57,071 bases of DNA, taken from contig NW_026867728.1 of the NCBI RefSeq assembly GCF_020745735.1, positions 62,001 to 119,071 on the forward strand. The letters are read 5' to 3'. Below are positions 23,991-34,289 of this stretch, one piece after another. How positions within the stretch are numbered: the first letter of the stretch is position 1; every line of letters starts with the position of its first letter. Position numbers and translations under genes: made by a program. The notes under the pieces were generated by a model, which saw nothing but the letters and a program-made list of their open reading frames with translations, had not been told where the DNA came from and did no database searches. This DNA comes from Hemiscyllium ocellatum (lineage: Eukaryota).

Positions 23991-25129
23991 TTGTATTTAG
24001 CATCGTACAATCATGGTTTAGAAACAGATCTGAGACAGTGTGGAATGAACTACAGACTGGAACACCACAGAGGGCTTCAGGTGGTTTGTAAACATCCTGA
24101 GGTGAGACTGTGGGTGTTTGTTGCTGTTGGTTGAAGAGAGGGTTTGGTGCCTGAGAGTTTTCTGAACTCTCCATTGTTCCAGGAGACCCAGAGTGATCTG
24201 AAGAGCAGGACTCAGGGCCCTCCCTGCAGAACCTTTTCTATTTCCCATCACCTTCTACTCTATTACCGAGCCAGCCTTCAGCAACCTGGCTCATTCATCA
24301 GGCGTAGCAGAGGGATGGGGTACGCAGTGGAAGTATTACAGAGGGTGAAGGTGATACACAGAGACTTGAAGAAGGAGAACGGAAGTAAAAAAAATCAGTC
24401 GTAATCCCAGAGAACTGCTGTCTCATTAGAGAGGTGACAGATGGTGATTTAACCTGAGGGTCACTCTGCCTCAGACAAGGGACACGGTTGAGAAGGTGTG
24501 ACCTTCACGATCCCCTCAGACAGTATGGAAATTAAACCCACATTGTTAGCATCACTCCACACTGCAAACCAACTGTCCAGCCAACTGGGCGAACTGATCT
24601 GAAAATGCAAGCAAGTATGTCCAGAAAGCAGTGTGAACATCATCAAGTGAAGGCCTAATGGAGCATGGCATGGCTGGGTGGTATTTACTTGTGAGTAAGG
24701 CAGATGAGCTGAGGGTGTAGATTAATGAGTGGAGATGTGATATTATGATCGCAGAGACATGGGTGAGAGTGGGGCAGGATTGGCAGCACCATGTTCCAGG
24801 GTATAGAACTGTCAGATGAGACATGTAGAGGTGGGGAGGGATGTAAAAGGGGAGATGGTGTTACAACATTGACCAATGAGTCAATTGCAGAGTTATAAGG
24901 TCATAGAGCCAGAGTGTTGGTTTAGCTCAGTTGGCTGGATTGTTGGTTTATAAAACAGTGTGATGTGAACAGCTTGGGCTTAATTCCCATCACTGGTTTG
25001 AGGTTACCATGAAGGGCTCTCCTTCTCAATCTCTTCCCTTGCCTGAGGTCTGGTGGCCCTCAGGTTAAACCACCAGCAGCTGCTTCTCTCTAATGAGAAA
25101 GCAGCCCCTCTGATCTGGTCAGGTTATGG

Positions 25130-26540
25130 TGACACAACAACATACAGCATGGAAACAGGCTATTTGGTCCAATCAGTCCACACTGACCGGGTTCTCAAAA
25201 TAAACTCATCCGACTTGCTTGCATTTGGCTCATATCCCTCCTATTTATGCAGATATCCAAATGTCTTTTAAATGTTGTAACTGTATATACATCCACCATT
25301 TCCTCTGGCAGTTAGTTCCACACAAGTACCATCCTGTGTGTGAAAACGTTTATCCTGTGTAATTTTAAATCTTCCTTCTCTCAACTTAAAAAAATGCCCC
25401 CTAGACTTGAACTTCTACACCCTTGGGAAAAACTCTTGCTATTCGATTATGTATGCCCCTTATGGTTTTATAAACCTCTGTAAGGGCACCCTTCAACCTC
25501 CTGTGCTCCAGTGAAAAAAGACCCAACGTTTATGACTCAAACGCTCCATGCCAAACACAATCCAACCGGACAGCCAGGACTATACATAGTACTCCAGAAG
25601 AGGAGTCACCAACACCCTGGACAACCTCAACAGACGTCCCAACTCGTCCAATCAAAGATCTGAGCAATGAGAGCAAGCATGCTCAATATCTTCTTAACCA
25701 CACTGTCTACCTGTGATGCAAATTCAGGGCATTATGTACCTGAACCTCGATTGGATTAGAAAAGGGAAACAAGGAAGCTTATGGGAGTTACTGAGCTCTG
25801 AAAACACTGGATAGCCTCAAGGGTGTAGAAAGTACAGGGGGTTACTTAATGAAGAAACTAGGAGAGCCAAAAAATAGACAGGAAGAAGAAAATCTGTTAC
25901 ATAATGTTAAAGAGAGTCCAAGGAAATGTCATACGTATGTTAGGGGCAAGAGAATAACCAGAGAGTGCGTAGAGCTGATGAGGCACCAAAATTACAATCG
26001 GAGCGTGGAGCTGCAAGTCTTAGGTGAAGATGCAAATGAGATTTTCACGTCGGTATTCATGATAGAGAGAAGTACAATGTTGGGATAGAAATCAGGGACA
26101 TGGATCAGGACAAATGTAAACAAAGTATTATATAGATGGAAGTGACAATGGAGATTTTAACAGACTTGAAAGTGGCTAATTCCCCAGGCCCACGTGGTAT
26201 CCCAGGTGGAGAATGCAAGGGCTCTGATATCACTTTCCAAATCCTCTCTGGTCACAGGAGGGGTGCCAGAGGATTGAAGGACAGGTGTCATTATTCAAGA
26301 AGGGTGGTAGTGATAAACCAGGAAACTACAGGCCAGTGAGTACAACATCAATGCTGGGGAAACGATTAGAAACAATTCTGAGAGACCGAATGAATCTTTA
26401 CTTGGAGAGACAAAGGTTAATCAAGGGTAATCAGCATGGCTTTGTAAAGGAATTGGATTGAATTGGATTGGATTGAATTTTTCTCGGAGGTGATGAGGTG
26501 TATAGATGAGGGTAATGTAGTTGATGTAATCTACACGGAC
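25130..26540. mobile_element. CR1 fragments in both orientations
   Basis: Minus-strand 3' end at 25130-25760; plus-strand ORF2 pieces at 25760-26540 (gataaaccaggaaactacaggccagtgag; VDVIYTDFS). Confidence 0.75.
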
Positions 26541-29534
26541 TTCAGTCAGCTCCACTTTAGGATGTCACTGACTTTCTACACATTCACCAGACAGGATTCT
26601 CTCTGTCCCTCCATGAAACACATTGACATAAACTAACACAGTGACCCTTTCCAGCCCTCCTCCTTGGTGTGTTGAAACAGATTCAGATTTATTTTCAGCA
26701 CTGATTGTCTGGAGATTTCTTTCCAACTCTCAGCTGGAGACTTTTATAAAATTAAGAAAAAAAACAACTTCTCCTAGCATGACTTCTATTGGTCTGAACT
26801 CAACCTGCTAGTGACACTTAATTCTGATCTTAAAACCCAACTTTGAAAATATTCAGCAATTAACTCCTGAGGTGACTTGATTAATTGACATAGTTTCTCA
26901 GAAAGGCTGTCTTTACTTCATTGTTCCAAATGACATTCTGGCCCCTTCTTTTAAAAGAAAGACATCATTATCACAGAACTGAAAAGTAAAATCTATTTTC
27001 CCTCTACAAATTCTGAATAAATAATAATATTTTATAAACCTTCATCATACAGTGCCTCCTGGTTTTTTATCGCTTCATGAATGGGAGCAGTCTCTCTCTC
27101 TCCATGCTATCCTGACCTCTCATGATTTTGACCACCTCAATCAAATCTTCCCTCAGCCTTCCTTTGGCCCAGATCCAGTCTAAACCCAATGATAAGTGAC
27201 CTCTCGTTATTATGATGTCTCCAACTGTGCAGTTCACAACAAGAGGGAACATTCTATCCACTCTGTCAAAAATTGTACAAATGGAAAGATCTCTGCTCAA
27301 TCTTTGCTCTGCTTTCCTCTTCGATGCAAAAGTAACACACACAGGATCAGTCAAATAATAATGAGCATTTTTATTTGACGGGTGCATTTTGGTTTACTGG
27401 GAGGCGACCTTTGTTGGAAATCGGACTTCTTTTCTGATGCTTCAGACTGTCAGACAGGTCATGGGACTGAGGTAAAAACAATGACTGCAGATGCTGGAAA
27501 CCAGATTCTGGATTAGTGGTGCTGGAAGAGCACAGCAGTTCAGGCAACATCCAAGGAGCAGCGAAATCAATGTTTCAGGCAAAAGCCCTTCATCAGGAAT
27601 AAAGGCAGAGAGCCTGAAGCATGGAGAAATAAGCTAGAGGAGGGTTGGTTCAAATATGATTCCAGACCCACAGCAATGCGAGTAACTTCCCAGTGGCCTC
27701 TGGGCAATTCAGGAGGAATAATGAATGCTGGCCCAGCCAGTGACAACTGGATGCCATGAATGAATCAAAACAAAGAGTCCATGGAAGGTGACGAAACCAA
27801 ACCCATATTGTGCTCAGGATTCAGGAATTTCTGACAATGAGCAATGAGATTGACAGCTCTGAGTGTGAACATGGTCAGGAGGATTATGGAGAGGACAGCC
27901 CAGATTACAATTTTGAGTCACAAAGACAGGTCATGCAGCAGAGACAAGGAATAAAGTGTCTTGAAAAAAACGATAAAAAAGCAAAATGGAAGTCTTTACA
28001 AAAAACGATGCATTCACGGAGAGGATTCATGGAGAGGAAAGACTGAACAGAATTTCAGACTCTGCTCCTGAATCAGGAAGGCTGACTGATGGGGACGGTG
28101 AAAGTTATGAGATGTCAGATAGTACAGACAAGCAGGAAATGTGGAGGGACCTGAAACCAGGAACTGTAAATATTCTAGTCACCACCAGACCACCAAGGGA
28201 TTCAGGAAAACACAGGGAGTGGTTAGGATGCGGAACCCGCTCATACACCAAGTGGTTGACACATTGACCATTGTTGTACTGAAGGGGAAGCTTGATTGAC
28301 ACTTGAGGGAGGAAGCAACAGAGGGAAGTGCTGTCAAAGTGAGAGAAAGAAGGGTGGGGGGAGGTGAACTTGTGCAGAACATGATCACCACCGAAGACCA
28401 ACAGAATTCTTTACATTCCATTTGCATGAGCCTTAATTTACTATTCAGATTACTTCATATCATCCTTAACATGCTGAACTTTTATTCGTTCATGGGGTGT
28501 AGGTGTTGTGAGCGGGTGTTACCTGTCCCACATTGTTGTCACAAAGGTACTAGCGAGCTGCTGCAGTCCATGATGTTATAACCCTCACTAATACTTCATT
28601 ATTTTTATTTCATCAGTTCTACTTTGGAGCTGGGAATTAAAAAGATGTGAGCTGAAGGTGACAAACAAGTTTTGGTTTCTTTGTGAGGCCAGGCCGGGAA
28701 GTTATTTGCAGATTGCTTCTTGATCAGAACCATTCCATAGAACAGCTGTGAGCTGGGAGAGCAGTCTGTTTAAACTGATAGGAGATCTTGATCAGTAATT
28801 TTTTGTCATTACCTCGGTCAATCCGCTCTGGGGGAGACCTTCTGCTCAAACTGATGGTAGATGTTGAATGGTAACTGGGACCTGGTGGGGAGATGGTCAG
28901 GGTGAGAGTGAAAGTCCACAGTTTTGAACTGGATTTTGGTCTGTGTTTTAAGGGAGCAGGAGTTTTGATGCAAAAGCATGAAGTTTTGAAAGGTCCCTGA
29001 CTAACCTTCCATTGGCACTGATTGGAAGCTCAGAGAATAGAAACTCAGTTCCAAGTATTACTGAATTCATCGGAGTGAGCTGAAACTTTGGCCCTGATTG
29101 ATATCTCCAGAAAGTCAAACCAAGAAACAATCATCTCTGCCTGTGGAACTAAAGTATCATGAGAACCACTTGCATAATCTGGCCAGTTTTGTTATTGTAT
29201 TTTATTTATCCCTTAACTGTGTTTTTTCATCTGTCAGTATTTGTGTCAGTGTTCTTTAATTTTGTTGAATTTTCACTCTGCTACAGTCACTGTATTGTCC
29301 CTAAATTGCTAAGTATTTTGTTTAAGTTACAAATCAATGTCATTTGGGTCAGTTCTGAAGGACTTTGAAGGCAAATGGAATTGAGAAAGTTGGAGATTGA
29401 AATTCCAAAGAGCAGAGAAAGAGATAGAAAGGGAGGAGAAAGAAAAAAATTTCAAAGAGCATTAAAGCTTAAAACATTGGAACAAGAGTGGCAAGAGAAA
29501 GAAAAGTAACAGAAACTGAAAGTGACGCCATTTC

Positions 29535-29832
29535 GGAGCAGTGGGTCAGTGGTTAGCACTGCTGCCTTACAGCATCAGCAACCCAGGTTTGATTGCACCC
29601 TTGGGTCCGTCTGTGTGGGTTTGCTCTGGGTCATCTAGTCTCCTCCGACAGTCCAGAGATATGGGGGTTAGGTGGATTGGTCATGTTAAATTACCCATAG
29701 TGCCCAGGGATTTTAGGTTAGGTGGATTAGCCACAGGAAATGCAGGGTTACAGGGATGGTGTGGAATCCTCATTTGAACGTCAAGGCGGATTTGATGGGC
29801 TGAATGGCCTGTTTCCACACATTAGGGATTCT
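29535..29832 (+). mobile_element. Diverged tRNA-derived SINE
   Basis: cagtggttagcactgctgcc head and gggctgaatggcctgtttccacac tail. Confidence 0.75.
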
Positions 29833-30105
29833 ATGTTACTCCATGCTAGGCAAGTTAAACCAAATGTTTGGAAGAGACTTAAAGAGGAAGGTTTGAGCCG
29901 TAATTCACAGTTCAGTCAGGAGATTTTTCAGATTGTGCAGGTGAAATGATTGCACAGAGGCCAGGATCCTATCACCAGACACATTTTATTTTCAAGGGCT
30001 CTTTCCAGCCAGCTCAGAACCAGTTCCAAGAATGAGGAGACTCTCTGAATCTCCTGTTTATATCTGTCCCCCAGTGGTAACAACCCAATCAAGGATCTTC
30101 TAAAA

Positions 30106-30433
30106 GGGGCAGCACGGTGGCTCAGTGGTTAGCACTGCTGCCTCACAGTGCCAGGGAACCAGGTTCAATTCCCAGCTGAGGGAACTGTCTGTGTGGATTT
30201 TGCACATTCTCCCCGAGTCTGCTTGCGTTTCCTTCCAGTGCTCCGGTTTCCTCCCACAGTCCAAAGGTGTGCAGGTTAGGTGAATTGGCCAGTCTAAATT
30301 GCCTGTACTGTTCGGTGCATTAGTCAGAGGTAAATGTAGGGGAATGGGTCTGGGTGGGTTGCTCTTCATGGGGTCAGTGTGGACTTGTTGGGCCGAAGGG
30401 CCTGTTTCCACACTGTAGGGAATCTAATCTAAT
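30106..30433 (+). mobile_element. tRNA-derived SINE (HE1/V-SINE-like)
   Basis: Full head, body and (aatct)n tail. Confidence 0.92.
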
Positions 30434-30824
30434 CAATGAGATCCACCAGGCCCACATTTCAATCACTACAGCAGGTTTTGTCAAAATTTGAAAAGAAGGA
30501 AATGGAAGCAATTTTCATGGTGTTTGAGAAGATAACAGATATAAGGTGGGCAAAAGCAGAACTGACCTTGCCCACGCAAAATAAATTAACTGGTAAAGTA
30601 GAAGAGATTTCTACATCCCTGTCACAGGAACAGTGCAGGGTTTATGATGAGCTGTTCAATGTGGATAGGAGTTGGTCCTGGGAACATCCAGCTGGAGGTT
30701 TTATAACTTACGGAAACAGCCTGGACAAACAGATACTGAGTTTGGGAGATTTAAAATAATGTCCATTCATGGATAAGAGCATTTAAGCCTGTCAATACTT
30801 ACAATGTTACAAAGAGAAATTATT

Positions 30825-31460
30825 CATTCAATCCCTACAGTGTGGAAACAGGCCTTTTGACACAACATGTCTACACTGAACCTCCCGAAGTGTATCCCAC
30901 ACGCACCCATTCCCTTACTACTGAACATTTCCCCTGACTAACCTACACATCCCAGAGCACAATGGGCAATTTAGTATGGCCAATTCACCTAACCTGCACA
31001 TCTTTGGACTGTGGGAGAAAACCAGAGCACCCAGAGGAAACCCACACAGACTCAGGGAGAATGTGCAAAGGGTGGAACAATGGCTCAGTGGTTCGCACTG
31101 CTGCCTCACAGCACCAGGGTCCCAGGTTCAATTCCAGCCTTGGGTGACCATCTGTATGGAGGTTGCACATTCTCCCCGTTTCTGCGTGGGTTTCCTGCCA
31201 CAGTCCAAAGATGTGCAGGTCAGGTGGATTGGCCGTGCCAAATTGCCCTTAGTGTTAGCTGCATTAGTCAGAGAGAAATGGGTCTGGGTGAGTTACTCTT
31301 CGGAGGGTCGGTGTGGACTTGTTGGGCCGAAGGGCCTGTTTCCACACTGTAGGGAATCTAATCTAAATCCACACTGACACTTACATGAGGCTGGAATCAA
31401 ACCTGGGTCCCTGGCTCTGGGAGGCAGTAACACTAACCACTGGGTCTCCAGGCCACCCTG
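30825..31460. mobile_element. Nested SINEs: plus copy (31069-31365) inserted into a minus copy (30825-31068 plus 31366-31460)
   Basis: The minus copy is split at gtgcaaa|tccacac and resumes after the inserted copy's tail. Confidence 0.85.
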
Positions 31461-32011
31461 TTATTTTAAAAGTATTTAAGTCATCCTAATCTTCTGTAAA
31501 CAGTACAAACGTTAGAAACCAAATTGTACTCAGGGCAAGACAAGCCGTTATAATGGCTGATGGATATGAACTAATCCTCTCATCTCTTTTTGTGTCAGGC
31601 CAGAAATGTGAGAAAAATATAAAGTGGTGAAGGAACAGGGAGGTAGGTCACCAGGACGGACAGGATGGAATCCCCGAAAATTAACAAGGAAATTGCTGAG
31701 GGTGGAGGTTCGGTTCAGAAATGTCAATGTTTCTATTCGACTAAGTTGGGTCATGTGCATTCGGAATGTTGGAAAGTGTGAGGAAAAGCTATGGGACTTC
31801 TCGGAGTCAGCAAAGATGACAAGGGAGCACAATAAAGAGAATAATATGGGGCACGCTGTAGCTCTGACTATAACAAAAAGGCCAGAGGTGAACTCTGTCA
31901 TGAGGACAGAAATGTGTAAGGTAGATGAGAGGTTCCTTTTGTCAAAAGAGAAAGTGACTCCTTCAGGTGAGCTAGCTAAACCCACAACTATATTAAGAGA
32001 TACAGAGACAA

Positions 32012-32915
32012 CATAAACCGAGGCAAGAGCGAGGCCATGCTCTTCGGGAACTGGGCCGACCAATCCTCGATCCCCTTCACCGTCAGGACCGACCACCTGT
32101 AGGTGCTGGGTATTTGGTTCGGGGGGGCTGGGGGGTGCGCCAAGTCTTGGGAGGAGCGTATCAGTAAAGTGAGGCAGAAACTGGGCAGATGGAGGCTACG
32201 GTCGCTCTCCATCACGGGAAAAAACCTGGTCATCAGGTGTGAGGCACTGTCATTGCTGTTGTACGTGGCACAGGTCTGGCTTATTCCCAGAACCTGCACC
32301 GCTGCAGTCACCCGGGCCATCTTCCAGTTTATATGGAGTTCAAAGATGGACCAGGTCCGAAGGGACTCGCTATACAAAGATCTGGGCAACGGGGGAGAAA
32401 ATACACCCAATGCCACCCTCACCCTGATGGCCACCTTTGTGTGTGGCTGCATCAAGCTGTGCGTGGATCCCCGGTACGCAAACACCAAGTGTCACTACGT
32501 ACTGAGGTTCTACCTGTCCCCGGTGTTGCGAAGGATGGGCCTGGCCTCGCTGCCGCGGAACGCTCCGAGTAGTTGGACTGTTCCGTACCACCTGTCCTTC
32601 GTGGAGAAATTTTTGAAGAAAAACACCTTTGACCACAAGTCCAACAGGAAGTGGTCAGCACGTAGCGTCCTTGAGACCCTTCGGGAAAAGGACAGGGCGG
32701 ATCCTGTTGAGTGGTTCCCTGAGCAGACTGTCAAAGCAATTTGGCAGAATGCCTCATCGCCAGACCTGTCCAACAAGCACCAAGACATGGCTTGGCTGGT
32801 GGTGAGAAGGGCTCTGCCTGTGAGATCATTTATGCCCGCCCGGACTCTCTGCTGCATCACACGCTGATCTCGAAGCGGCTGCGGGGGGGACGAGACTGTC
32901 ACACAACTAATCGTG
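32012..32915 (+). mobile_element. Tx1-clade (L1 group) LINE ORF2 fragment
   Basis: NRGKSEAMLFG...LGIWFG..WEERISKVRQKLGRWRLRSLSITGKNLVIR...; C-terminal C..C..SGCGGDETV motif. Confidence 0.85.
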
Positions 32916-32919
32916 AACA

Positions 32920-34066
32920 GGTGATGGCTTGTGGTGCTCAGACAAATAGAAGGGGATAACCAGGTGTATATAAGCACGCTGTTAGGGGGCCGGCCGTGCA
33001 GTATGTTCATAGGCACTGGAGCCTCTATCTGTATTACAGATTTGGATTTACCATTATCAAATAAAAATTTAAAAGTACAGGGAGGGAGTAGTGGGATTCA
33101 ACCAGCCACTCTCAGCCAACTGCTTAAAATAAAAATAGCTGATTGTGTAATTAATTCTCCTATTTATGTGTGTAAAAATACTGAAGGTGGTGTCCTGGGG
33201 ATGGATTTATTGGAATAAGTTGGAGCCATAATTGATGTGCGAGAAGCCAAAATGGGCTCACCAGTTTAAATGTGGAAAGACAAGGATTGCCTGCCTCCTT
33301 AAGAGTATCCGTGCTGTCACAATAGAGTGGGAATGGGATTCCGAGAACCCCGACCACAAATTGGCGATGATGTGTCCCAAATTATGAGCAACCCCCAAAA
33401 CCCAGTGAGGGAGATTGGACATAACACCGACTGAAATTCCTGGGAATGTACACCCACCTGAAAGACAGTACCCCATCAGACCTGAAGCTGTTGCGGCAAT
33501 TAAAGAGAATGCGAATGGTTTGGAGAAACAGGGAATAATAAAAGAAACTTGTTCCACCTCAAACTCCCAAAAGTGGCCAGTGAAGAAACCTGAAGGATCA
33601 TACAGAATAACGACTGACTATAGCAGTCTAAAGAAATATGTAGATAAACTGGGGCCTGGTGATGCAGATCCCAACACTATAATAAACAATATCGGGTCAG
33701 AAACCAAGACCTTTATCATCCTAGACATAGCAAATGGGTTCTGGACTCTGCCTATAGACCCCAAACACCAATATACATTTGTCTTTACCACAGGTGACTG
33801 ACAGTACACCTGGACAAGAGTTCCACAAGGGCTCCTCATTAGCTCTGCTATATTCCACCAGGCAATGGCAGATGTAATAGCAAAAGTTCCCAAAACAGAG
33901 TGTGTAAGATGACAATAGGTTGACGATATGCTGATTGCTTCCACTACTGAGGGAAAACACTACAAGACAGGACTGAAAACGTTAAAAACCATTGTAGCTT
34001 CTGGATTAAAAATAAAACTAAAGAAAGCACAGCTCGGCAAACTGGAAGTGTCTTACATGGGACAAA
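32920..34066 (+). mobile_element. Endogenous retrovirus pro-pol fragment (spuma-/class III-like), defective
   Basis: Protease FIGTGAS (D>G)...VLGMDLL, then RT QYPI...WPVKKPEGSYR...LDIANGFW...QYTWTRVPQG...Q*VDD (YVDD with a stop). PQG and QYPI are retroviral rather than Gypsy (PFG) features. Confidence 0.82.
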
Positions 34067-34067
34067 G

Positions 34068-34285
34068 TTAAAAATCACACAACACCAGGTTCGAGTCCAA
34101 CAGGTTTATTTGGAAGTAGGAGCTTCCGGAGCGCTGCTCCTTCATCAGGTCGCTGTGGAGCAGGATCATCAGGCACAGAATTTATAGCAAAAGATCATGC
34201 AATTGAAACGATAGATTGATCAAACCTAGATTGGTGTTACAGTTTTAGGTTCATTATTATGTAAATCCCAGAACTCCTCTCAAAG
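34068..34285 (-). mobile_element. Penelope-like tail (family B) with variant hammerhead motif
   Basis: Reverse complement gacctgatgaaggagcagcgctccggaagctc; same tail as 850-1036. Confidence 0.75.
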
Positions 34286-34289
34286 GAAA

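Larger units (their letters stand above)
23387..27472 (-). repeat. Inverted segmental duplication of 50083-53157 (intron preceding the V exon)
   Basis: Collinear matches in unique sequence and shared old CR1 fragments: 24200-24330/52760-52890, 24460-24870/52200-52630, 26290-26510/51150-51350, 26560-26950/50700-51060, 27070-27470/50083-50580. Confidence 0.88.

Noticed and set aside
31548-33016. Several 130-180-aa minus-strand ORFs
   Set aside because: Antisense shadows of the GC-rich Tx1 ORF and adjacent sequence.
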